Of a DNA stretch of 54,861 nucleotides, positions 43,074 to 51,380 are shown piece by piece. A program made the position numbers and the translations under genes. The stretch covers positions 1 through 54,861 of the forward strand of contig JAPKMS010000112.1 of assembly GCA_026645775.1 (NCBI GenBank), written 5' to 3'. Numbering within the stretch: the first letter of the stretch is position 1; each line of letters begins with the position of its first letter. The DNA comes from Anaerolineae bacterium. Its GTDB lineage: Bacteria > Chloroflexota > Anaerolineae > CG2-30-64-16. Under the pieces are notes generated by a model that had not been told where the DNA came from, made no database searches, and was given only the letters and a program-made list of their open reading frames with translations.

Positions 43074-43547
43074 ATGCTGATTGAATTCACCCTCAACTAT
43101 CAACCGATTGCGATCGAAGCGCCGCCCGATGTCACACTGCTGCATCTGCTGCGCGACCACCTCAACCTGACGGGCGCCAAGGAAGGCTGCTCGGTGGGCG
43201 AGTGCGGCGCCTGCTCGGTGATTATGGATGGCCGGCTGGTGAACAGTTGTCTCGTCTTGGCCCCGCAGGCACATGGCAGCGAGATCATCACCATCGAGGG
43301 CATCCACGCTCCCGACGGCGGGCCGAACGATTTGCAGGAAAACTTCATCACTTACGGCGCCGTGCAATGCGGCATCTGCATCCCCGGCATGGTGGTCGCC
43401 GGCGAGGCGCTGCTGATGCGGACGCTGACCCCCACGCGCACCGAAATCCGCACTGCGCTGGCCGGTAATCTGTGCCGCTGCACTGGCTACCAGCAGATCG
43501 TGGATGCGATTGAGGCGACGGCGGTGCAGAGGAGGCAGGCATCATGA
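43074..43547 (+). CDS. 2Fe-2S subunit (CoxS/XdhC-small-like)
   Basis: GCSVGECGACSVIMDG..VNSCL and QCGICIPG...NLCRCTGY are the two [2Fe-2S] motifs. Confidence 0.9.
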   Translation: MLIEFTLNYQPIAIEAPPDVTLLHLLRDHLNLTGAKEGCSVGECGACSVIMDGRLVNSCLVLAPQAHGSEIITIEGIHAPDGGPNDLQENFITYGAVQCGICIPGMVVAGEALLMRTLTPTRTEIRTALAGNLCRCTGYQQIVDAIEATAVQRRQAS

Positions 43548-45871
43548 CAGAACTCCAATATATCGGCAAACCGGCCCGACGCGTCGACGCGCTGGAGAAG
43601 GTGATGGGGAAGGCGAAATACATTGCTGACCGCAAGCTGCCGGGGATGCTTCACGCGCGCTGTCTGCGCAGCGAGGCGCCGCACGCCCTGATCAAGAAGC
43701 TGGACGTGACGCCCGCACTGGCGGTGCCCGGCGTGCGCGCGGTGATCACCAGCGAGGACTTCTTCGAGCACAGCCTCTTCGGGTTCCCGGTCAAGGACGA
43801 GTACGTCCTGGCGTACCGTAAGGTGCGCTACGTGGGTGAGGCGATCGCGGCGGTGGCCGCCGACACGCCCGAGGCCGCGCTGGCCGGCGTGCAGGCGATC
43901 GTGTGCGAGCTGGAGCCGCTGCCCGGCGTCTTCGATATGGAACACGCGCTGGATCCCGACGCGGCCCAGGTCGGCCCGGACCGGCCCGATGATCAGCATC
44001 CTAACTTCCTTGACTTACTCATCGTGCGCCAGGCCGATCCTCTGGCTGAGATCGAGCAGTGTGCGGTGAAGCTGGATGAGCGCTATTCGGTCGGCCCGCA
44101 GGAACATGCGTACATTGAACCCGAGGGCGCGCTGGCCGTGCCGACGCGCGAGGGTGGCGTGCTGGTCTACGCGCCGAACCAGAGCCCGTTCGTCAACTAC
44201 GGCGTCCTGGCCATGGTGCTCGACCTGCCGCATAACCTGGTGCGCGTGATCCAGCCGCCGGTGGGCGGCTCCTTCGGCGGCAAGGACGACCAAATCTACC
44301 AGATGTCGGCGCAGGTGGCGAAGCTGGCACTGCTCACCGGGAAGCCCGTGCGCCTGGTCTACAGCCGGGAGGAGAGCCTCATCTCCAGCTACAAGCGCGA
44401 TCCGATGCATATCCGCATCCGGCTTGGGGCTGACAGCGACGGCACGCTGCGCGCGGTCAAGTTTGAAGGGTTGATGGACTCGGGCGCGTATGCCTCCGAG
44501 AGCACCTTCACCGCCTGGCGCGGCAGCATCCATGCGATGGGCGCGTATCGCTACAACGCTTGTGCAGTGGACATCAAGTGCGTGTACACCAACAACGGCT
44601 ATTACGGTGCGTTTCGGGGCTTCGGAAACACCGAGGTGTGTGCGGGCATCGAGCAGGCGATTGATGAGCTGGCGTGTGCGGTGGGCATGGATCCGCTGGA
44701 TTTCCGCCTGAAGAACTGCCTCCACGTCGGCGACCGGACCGCACACGGCCAGATCCTGACCGAGTCGGTGGGGCTGCCCGATTGCATTAAGACCGTGCGG
44801 CGGCTCAGCGATTGGGATCGCAAGCGCGCAGCGTATGCGAACCAGACGGGGAATATCCGCCGGGGCATCGGGGTGGCGGCGCTCTATCATGGCACGTCGC
44901 TGGGGGCCGAGGGCGCGGACTATGCGGGCAGCACCATCGCCGTGGAGCAGAACTACAGCATCGACTTGACCTCGGGCCTGACCGATTACGGCACCGGCTC
45001 GCGTACGGTCTTCACGCTGATCGCGGCCGAAGAGTTGGGGGTAAGCCCTGACCGTATCCACATGCAGCGGCCCGACACCGACACCGCGATCGAGTCCGGC
45101 CCGACGGTGGCCAGCCGCTCGACGATGCTGGGCGGCAACGCGGCACGCGTCGCGGCGGACAACCTGCGGCAGACCCTCGACTATGCCGCGGCCGACCTGC
45201 TGGGCTGCGAGCTGCACCAGCTCGTCCGCAGCGGCGAGGCGTACGTCGGCCCCGACGAAGAGCCGGTGGCCTGGGAACGGGTCGTGGATCACGCCCGCGA
45301 GATGGGGCTGGCGCTGTCGGCGCACGGCAAGTGGACCGCGCCGAGGATCGAGTGGGATCACCATCACGGCACGGGCACACCCTATATGGCCTATCACTTT
45401 GCGTCCCAGGTGGCCGAGGTGGAAGTCGACATGCGCACCGGGGTCGTACAGGTAGTCAACTTCTGGGCCGTGCACGATCCGGGCAAGGTGATCTTCCCCC
45501 AGGGCGCGTACGGCCAGGTCTACGGCGGCGTGGCCCAGGGGCTGGGCTATGCGCTGATGGAGCAGATCACCTACACAAACGGCTATCTGCAAGAGACTAA
45601 CTTCGAGTCGTATCTGATCCCGACCTCAGTGGATGTGCCGGAGATCACCGCGCAGTTCGTGGAGGCGCCGTTCTCCAAGGGCCCCTATGGCGCCAAGAAC
45701 ATCGCCGAGCCTTCAATGGTGCCCGCGGCGCCCGCGATCCTGAACGCGATCTATCACGCCACGGGCAAGCGCGTGCGTGATCTGCCGGCCAACCTGGAGC
45801 GCGTGCTGCTGGGCCACGATCTGGCAAAGGGTGGATCGGCCAAGGCGTGCAAGCTGGGGCTCAAAACCTAG
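43544..45871 (+). CDS. Molybdopterin-binding large subunit (aldehyde oxidase/xanthine dehydrogenase family)
   Basis: 775 aa. a/b-hammerhead N-terminus (GKPARRVDALEKVMGKAKYIAD), GGSFGGK, GFGNTE.. and C-terminal ...PYGAKNIAEPSMVPAAPAILNAI. ATGA overlap with the 2Fe-2S gene. Confidence 0.9.
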   Translation: MTELQYIGKPARRVDALEKVMGKAKYIADRKLPGMLHARCLRSEAPHALIKKLDVTPALAVPGVRAVITSEDFFEHSLFGFPVKDEYVLAYRKVRYVGEAIAAVAADTPEAALAGVQAIVCELEPLPGVFDMEHALDPDAAQVGPDRPDDQHPNFLDLLIVRQADPLAEIEQCAVKLDERYSVGPQEHAYIEPEGALAVPTREGGVLVYAPNQSPFVNYGVLAMVLDLPHNLVRVIQPPVGGSFGGKDDQIYQMSAQVAKLALLTGKPVRLVYSREESLISSYKRDPMHIRIRLGADSDGTLRAVKFEGLMDSGAYASESTFTAWRGSIHAMGAYRYNACAVDIKCVYTNNGYYGAFRGFGNTEVCAGIEQAIDELACAVGMDPLDFRLKNCLHVGDRTAHGQILTESVGLPDCIKTVRRLSDWDRKRAAYANQTGNIRRGIGVAALYHGTSLGAEGADYAGSTIAVEQNYSIDLTSGLTDYGTGSRTVFTLIAAEELGVSPDRIHMQRPDTDTAIESGPTVASRSTMLGGNAARVAADNLRQTLDYAAADLLGCELHQLVRSGEAYVGPDEEPVAWERVVDHAREMGLALSAHGKWTAPRIEWDHHHGTGTPYMAYHFASQVAEVEVDMRTGVVQVVNFWAVHDPGKVIFPQGAYGQVYGGVAQGLGYALMEQITYTNGYLQETNFESYLIPTSVDVPEITAQFVEAPFSKGPYGAKNIAEPSMVPAAPAILNAIYHATGKRVRDLPANLERVLLGHDLAKGGSAKACKLGLKT

Positions 45872-45905
45872 CGCCTCGATCGAGCGCGATTGACGGCAGG
45901 CTGAT

Positions 45906-45947
45906 GCGGGTTCCCGCGCCATTAGGCATGAGAACCCGCTCTTTTTT
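45906..45947 (+). terminator. Rho-independent terminator after the molybdoenzyme operon
   Basis: GCGGGTTC (45906-45913), 18-nt loop, GAACCCGC (45932-45939), then TCTTTTTT. Confidence 0.55.
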
Positions 45948-46005
45948 GCCTGTCACTTTGTAAGCTTAAAGAATTGGACAAAAGCCCTCGCGGCCGGGAC
46001 GCGCT

Positions 46006-46033
46006 TTGACATTTGTGTGATCGAACATATAAT
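46006..46033 (+). promoter_or_regulatory. Consensus-like sigma70 promoter for the S8 protease gene
   Basis: TTGACA (46006-46011), 16 nt, TATAAT (46028-46033). Confidence 0.5.
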
Positions 46034-46110
46034 CCCTGCGTCTTTTCAGGCAGCAGCGTCGCTCTTGACTGGACAGTGCAATCCCCATCTTTTCCCACAC
46101 GGAGGTTGTC

Positions 46111-47298
46111 ATGCAGTCCAAGAGGTTCCTCGTTGTCAGCATTCTGTTCGTTCTGATCCTGGCCGCTGCCAGTCCGGCTTTTGCCGTGGGCAACGGACCC
46201 GTGGCGCCACTCATCGGTCAAGATGCCCCCGGCGCGATCCCGGGCCGCTACATTGTTGTTCTGAAGGCTGATGTTGGGACTGATGCAGCGGAAGCGGCCA
46301 TTGAAGCGGCGACGCGTGCGGGCGGAAATCTGCATTTCCGCTATTCTGAAGTCTTGAACGGGTTTGCGATCACTCTGCCTGATCGGGCTGTGGAAGCGCT
46401 GCGCAATAACCCACATGTAGATTACATTGAAGCCGACTCAGTCGTTAGCATCGACACAACGCAAACCGGCGCCACATGGGGCATAGACCGGATCGACCAG
46501 CGGGCGCTGCCGTTGAGCACCACCTACACCTACAACTACACCGGTGCGGGCGTCACGGCGTACATCATCGACACCGGCATCTTGATCACGCACAGCGAGT
46601 TCGGCACTCGGGCCACCTACGGCTATGACGCGGTGGATGGCTCTCTGCCTGCTGCGGACTGCAACGGCCATGGCACGCACGTTGCGGGCACCGTGGGCGG
46701 CAGCACCTACGGCGTGGCCAAGGGCGTGAACCTGGTGGCCGTGCGCGTCCTGGACTGCGCCGGCTCCGGCACCACCACCGGTGTCATCGCCGGCATCGAT
46801 TGGGTGACGAGCAACCATACGACGGGCGCGGCAGTGGCGAACATGAGCCTGGGTGGCAGCGCTTCGACGGCGCTGGACACTGCCGTGAAGAATTCTATCG
46901 CCGATGGCGTGGTTTACGCCGTGGCGGCCGGTAACAACAACAGGAAAGCATGCAACTACTCGCCGGCGCGCGTGCCTGAGGCGATCACGGTGGGCGCGAC
47001 CACCAACACCGATGCCCGCGCCTCCTACTCGAATTACGGCACCTGTCTTGATATCTTTGCGCCGGGCTCCAGCATCACGTCGTCCTGGTACACCAGCACC
47101 ACCGCCACCAACACGATTAGCGGCACGAGCATGGCAACCCCACACGTTGCCGGTGCGGCAGCACTGTATAAGCAGGCGAATCCCAGCGCGACGCCCCAGC
47201 AGGTGCGCGATGCCTTGGTGAACAACGCCACCAGCAACGTCGTCATTAACCCTGGTGTAGGCTCGCCCAACAAGTTGCTCTACACGCTGTTCTTCTAA
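46111..47298 (+). CDS. Secreted subtilisin-family (S8, proteinase K-like) serine protease with an I9 propeptide
   Basis: Signal peptide. The catalytic triad is present ([28 protein letters not shown]). Confidence 0.9.
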   Translation: MQSKRFLVVSILFVLILAAASPAFAVGNGPVAPLIGQDAPGAIPGRYIVVLKADVGTDAAEAAIEAATRAGGNLHFRYSEVLNGFAITLPDRAVEALRNNPHVDYIEADSVVSIDTTQTGATWGIDRIDQRALPLSTTYTYNYTGAGVTAYIIDTGILITHSEFGTRATYGYDAVDGSLPAADCNGHGTHVAGTVGGSTYGVAKGVNLVAVRVLDCAGSGTTTGVIAGIDWVTSNHTTGAAVANMSLGGSASTALDTAVKNSIADGVVYAVAAGNNNRKACNYSPARVPEAITVGATTNTDARASYSNYGTCLDIFAPGSSITSSWYTSTTATNTISGTSMATPHVAGAAALYKQANPSATPQQVRDALVNNATSNVVINPGVGSPNKLLYTLFF

Positions 47299-47334
47299 CC
47301 CACAACGCGCTTCTCGCCGCTTGCGGGCGCAGGG

Positions 47335-47386
47335 AGGCCCCTGAGTCTCGGCAACTCGCCGGGGTCAGGGGCCTTGTTGCTGTTTG
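47335..47386. terminator. Bidirectional terminator between the convergent protease and mscS genes
   Basis: AGGCCCCTGA (47335-47344), 20-nt loop, TCAGGGGCCT (47365-47374), then a T-rich tail TTGTTGCTGTTT. Confidence 0.5.
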
Positions 47387-47405
47387 GCTGGTGGGGGCCG
47401 GCGCG

Positions 47406-48227
47406 CTACTCGCGCAAATTGATGCCCGCCGTGCGGAGACGGGCGAAGATCAGGTCGATCATCCTGAGCTTGAGGGTGGCGGCCTGTGCGAACGATGTGC
47501 TGGCTACAATGGTGATTTCGGTAAACGCGCCCATCGCGTCGCTGGTTGAGATCACCTGCCAGGGGTCGCGAAGATCGGGCAACAGGTTGACAGCCTCGCG
47601 GCTCAGGGCTTCCAGCAGATCGAGGGCGCGCCCCAACTCCTCAGAGGGCACGTTGAGCTTGAGTTTGGTCGCACTCAGGTTCGCCCGGGTGAAGTTACGC
47701 ACCACGCCGATCTCGCCGTTGGGCACGGTGAACAATTCCCCCGTCGGTGCACGCACCAGCGTGTTACGGACGTTGACGGTCTCGATCGTCCCCTCAACCC
47801 GGTTGCCGCCCAGGTAGAACTCGATCTTCTCATCGATCGCGAAGGTGTTGTGGAAGATAAACCCTGCACCGGCCATGAGATCGGCCACTGTGCCGCGCGC
47901 GGCCAATCCGAACGCCGCGCTGAACAAGCCCACAAGCCAGATCAGCGTTGCAGGCTCGACGAACAGCGAGAACGAGGCCACGACTGCCAGCACGATGGCA
48001 ACGAGGCTGATCAGGCTGGCGATCAGTCCCTCCAGTGTCCGCACCCGCTCCGCTGTCAGCCGGTGGTAGCGGTTCAACAATTGGCCCAGGCGGAGCAGCC
48101 AGCGCGCCAGCCACGGCGCCACGAGCGCAATCACCAGGCCGGTCAGGAGATAGACGCCGACCGCCAATGCCATCGATGCTGAAGCGGATGGCAGAGAGAT
48201 TTGAGGGCTAAGTTGTTGTACTAGCAT
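47406..48227 (-). CDS. Small-conductance mechanosensitive channel (MscS family)
   Basis: 273 aa. N-terminal TM helices, then the MscS beta-domain pattern (GNRVEGTIETVNVRNTLVRAPTGELFTVPNGEI). Confidence 0.8.
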   Translation of the reverse strand: MLVQQLSPQISLPSASASMALAVGVYLLTGLVIALVAPWLARWLLRLGQLLNRYHRLTAERVRTLEGLIASLISLVAIVLAVVASFSLFVEPATLIWLVGLFSAAFGLAARGTVADLMAGAGFIFHNTFAIDEKIEFYLGGNRVEGTIETVNVRNTLVRAPTGELFTVPNGEIGVVRNFTRANLSATKLKLNVPSEELGRALDLLEALSREAVNLLPDLRDPWQVISTSDAMGAFTEITIVASTSFAQAATLKLRMIDLIFARLRTAGINLRE

Positions 48228-48290
48228 CGTTAATCCGTTTAGAGCATGATACCGGCAGGCGGCCTGTCTCCAGGGATCCCAGCCTCCGCA

Positions 48291-49907
48291 TCACCGTTGG
48301 ATCTCCACCACAACGCCGACCTCGGCCCAGTCATAGAGCAGCTTGGCGTTTGTGGTGCTGAGTAGAATGCAGCCGTACGTCACGGGATGCCCCAGGTTGC
48401 TCGTCCACAGGATCTGGCGCCGATCGCGGCTCGGGAAGCCGTGGAACCCATTCATGAAATCGTTGCCGGGCACTGGGCGATAGATCCCCATGAACCAGGG
48501 CATATAGAGATCCCAGTTGGCCGCGTACGCCAGTTCCTCGTGTGATTGAATCTGGAAGACCCCGGGCGATGTAGGGCTGGACGATATCCCGGTGCTGACC
48601 ACCCAACTCCATTTTACCTGGCCGTTCTCAAACGCCTGCATCTTCTGATTGCTCAAGCTGATCATGATGCGTTTGTTTTCCACCACGGCCAGCGGCAACT
48701 GAAGGTCAGGCGAAGGGATCCGGATTGCATCGCCCACGAAGATGTTGTCGCCGAGGCCCGGGTTTGCGGCCTGGATCCAGGGGTAGGGCATGCCGTAGTC
48801 GAAGGCGATGCTGGAAAGGGTTTCCCCGGACTTCACGATGTGCTCGCGCTCGGTGTGGCTGATGCCCAGCTTGACGACGGGCTGGCGCTGAGTGAAGGCG
48901 GCAGCCAGGGCCGGCGCCGCGGTCCTGGAGTTCACATAACGCTGATCGTCCAGGGTCTGGTTCTGAGCCGCGAGGTACGCTGAGACCTGGGCTTCGTCCA
49001 CCGACCAGGTGAGCGACTGGCCGGCGCTGCCATCGGTGGCCGGCGCGGTGGCCTGGAAGGCCAGCCAGCGGCCCAGGTCGGCCGGCGCGGCGGTCCAGGT
49101 CAGGCGCTCATTGCGAATGGCGTCGAACAATTGGAGCGTGATCGGCTGGGCGAGCAGGGGGCTGACCTCGGCCACGACCGCGCTCACATCGGTGATCTGG
49201 GGCGTTTGGGTCACGATCGACGCCGCGATGTGCCGAGCGGCATCGGCATCGAGCTGGGCCATGGCTTCTTGCCAGGGATGCATCTCCAGCGTCGTCAGCG
49301 TCGCGGCGATGTCCAGCGCACGGCCGGTGGCAGCCTGCCGCGTTGTGACCTGGCCGTCCACTACTTGCACACCGGCATCCTGGGCCGACACGTCGATTTG
49401 GGCGGCCAACGTGCGGATCGTCTCGGCCGCGGCGGCCCGGTCGAAATCCCATTCCGGCTCGATCTGTCGCGGCGCGGCGTGCACCGGCAGGAGGCTCAGG
49501 CCGGCGAGCAAACGGCTGACGGTGTCCTGCATCGCGGCGGCCGTGGCAGGCGCGCGGCCTTGGGCATGGGCGCGGCGCGCCATCAGGTCGGCATCGAGCC
49601 GCAGCCCCAACTTGTCCGGCGTCAGCGTCCAGCTCATTTCCTCCGCGGTCAGGGTGACGCCGCGAGCTTGCCACGCCTCATTGAGCCGGTCGGTTGCCTC
49701 TGCCACGGTCAGCCCGCCCAGGTCGACGTCCAACGCGCTGATGGCGGCCAGGATGCGGTCGCTGCGATAGACCTGCGCCAGTCCGACCGCCGCGCCGGCT
49801 GCCAGCCCCAAGATCAGCAGCCAGAGCGTTAGCAGAATCCAGAAGGCTGCCGGCGTGCGTCGTCGGGCAGTATCCCCCGGTACTTGCATCATTTTCGTCA
49901 CACTCAT
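48291..49907 (-). CDS. L,D-transpeptidase (YkuD) with a LysM domain and an N-terminal anchor
   Basis: LysM HIVKSGETLSSIAFDYGMPYPWIQAANP...GDAIRIP. YkuD catalytic region HGFPSRD...HPVTYGCILLS. Confidence 0.8.
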   Translation of the reverse strand: MSVTKMMQVPGDTARRRTPAAFWILLTLWLLILGLAAGAAVGLAQVYRSDRILAAISALDVDLGGLTVAEATDRLNEAWQARGVTLTAEEMSWTLTPDKLGLRLDADLMARRAHAQGRAPATAAAMQDTVSRLLAGLSLLPVHAAPRQIEPEWDFDRAAAAETIRTLAAQIDVSAQDAGVQVVDGQVTTRQAATGRALDIAATLTTLEMHPWQEAMAQLDADAARHIAASIVTQTPQITDVSAVVAEVSPLLAQPITLQLFDAIRNERLTWTAAPADLGRWLAFQATAPATDGSAGQSLTWSVDEAQVSAYLAAQNQTLDDQRYVNSRTAAPALAAAFTQRQPVVKLGISHTEREHIVKSGETLSSIAFDYGMPYPWIQAANPGLGDNIFVGDAIRIPSPDLQLPLAVVENKRIMISLSNQKMQAFENGQVKWSWVVSTGISSSPTSPGVFQIQSHEELAYAANWDLYMPWFMGIYRPVPGNDFMNGFHGFPSRDRRQILWTSNLGHPVTYGCILLSTTNAKLLYDWAEVGVVVEIQR

Positions 49908-50031
49908 TCGTCAGAATCAGGCAGTGCCCTACGTCTGCCTGATTCATGGTACAACATTTGCTCGATTATCCAAAAACAAGACGGCAGGGCGAACGCCTGC
50001 CGTCGTTGCTGTTTTTGAGTGGGAAGACGAC

Positions 50032-51258
50032 TTACTTGCCCGTGCGCCGTGTGTACACGTCGAAGATCACGGCCGCTACCAGCACAAGGCCGCGGACAAC
50101 GTATTGCAGGGAAGCGTCGGTGTTCATGAGGCTCATGCCGCTGGTCAGGGACATATAGACCAACGCGCCGATGAGCGACCCCATGATCGTGCCGACGCCG
50201 CCGGCCGGCGATGCGCCGCCGATGAAGGCCGAGGCGATGGCGTCCAACTCGAAGCCGTTTCCTGCCGTGGGTGTCGCCGCTTGCAGGCGAGCTGCAAACA
50301 AGACGCCCGCCAGGGCGGCCAGCAGGCCCATCGAGGCGAAAACAAACAGGGTGATGCGCTTGACGTTGATACCGCTCAACTGCGCCGCTTCCGGGTTGCC
50401 ACCGATCGCGTAGATGTGCCTGCCCAGGACCGTCTGTGTCGTCATGAACTGGTAGACGGCTACGACGACCAACATGATGACCGCCGTCCAGGAGAGGCCA
50501 TTGTAGCCCGCGAGCACCCACGTGATGGCGCCAAGCACAACCGCGATAAAGACCAACTTCAGGATGAACAAACTTGGCGGCGTAACCTCAAAGCCGTAGG
50601 CTTGCTTTTTCCGGCGGCTGTTGATGTCGCTCACGATGAACAAGACGATCGCCGCCAGGCCGAGGAGCAGGGTCAGTTTGTGGACTCCCGGCAAAAACAG
50701 GCTGTTAGCAGGGAAGATGTCGGGAATGTAGCCATTGCCGAGCGCATTGAAGGATTTGTCGGTAATGATGACCGTGCCCGGACCGGCCAGTGTCAGAGAC
50801 AGCAGCCCTCGGTAAACCAACCAGCCGCCGAGCGTGGCGACAAAGGCGGGAATGCCCACCCACGCTACCAGGAGGGCCGTCACCGTTCCTGCCACAACGC
50901 CCATCGCCAATGCCATGAGGATGACGAGGTACCAGGGCAGGTGCGCCTGCGTCATGCCGAGGGTCGCAACCGCAGCGAGGAAACCTGACAGAAAACCGAC
51001 CGACAGGTCGATATGCCGGATGACGATGACAAGCGTCATGCCGGTTGCCAGAACGGCGATATAGCCCATCTGGTTCAGCAAGTTGGCGATGTTTCGGGGC
51101 CCGATAAAGAGGCCGTTCGTCCGAATGGTGAAGAACAACACGATTACAACCAAGGCAATGTACATGCCGTAGTCACGGGCGTTCGTCCGGACCATTTTCC
51201 CCAGACTTTGCAAGAACGACGGCTTGGCCTGGACTTTTTCAGCCTGACGAGAAGTCAT
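50032..51258 (-). CDS. Monosaccharide ABC transporter permease (XylH/GguB/MmsB-like)
   Basis: 408 aa, polytopic. Conserved ...AIGGNPEAAQLSGINV... loop of the ribose/xylose-type permease family. Confidence 0.9.
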   Translation of the reverse strand: MTSRQAEKVQAKPSFLQSLGKMVRTNARDYGMYIALVVIVLFFTIRTNGLFIGPRNIANLLNQMGYIAVLATGMTLVIVIRHIDLSVGFLSGFLAAVATLGMTQAHLPWYLVILMALAMGVVAGTVTALLVAWVGIPAFVATLGGWLVYRGLLSLTLAGPGTVIITDKSFNALGNGYIPDIFPANSLFLPGVHKLTLLLGLAAIVLFIVSDINSRRKKQAYGFEVTPPSLFILKLVFIAVVLGAITWVLAGYNGLSWTAVIMLVVVAVYQFMTTQTVLGRHIYAIGGNPEAAQLSGINVKRITLFVFASMGLLAALAGVLFAARLQAATPTAGNGFELDAIASAFIGGASPAGGVGTIMGSLIGALVYMSLTSGMSLMNTDASLQYVVRGLVLVAAVIFDVYTRRTGK

Positions 51259-51380
51259 TGTAAACCTCCTGGTGTCATGAACCCTGCAGGCAGGGATTCT
51301 GATAGTGCGATGCGGCGAGATGGCATGTGGCTGCGCATCTCATGAGTCACAATGGGCGACAAACGCATACCAGTTTCTTG

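Noticed and set aside
44015-45592. 525-aa minus-strand ORF
   Set aside because: It is antisense to the molybdopterin-binding large subunit, and its composition is typical of a GC-rich shadow ORF.
49855-50988. 377-aa plus-strand ORF
   Set aside because: It is antisense to the ABC permease and the 5' end of the L,D-transpeptidase gene. The permease frame has clear membrane-protein character.
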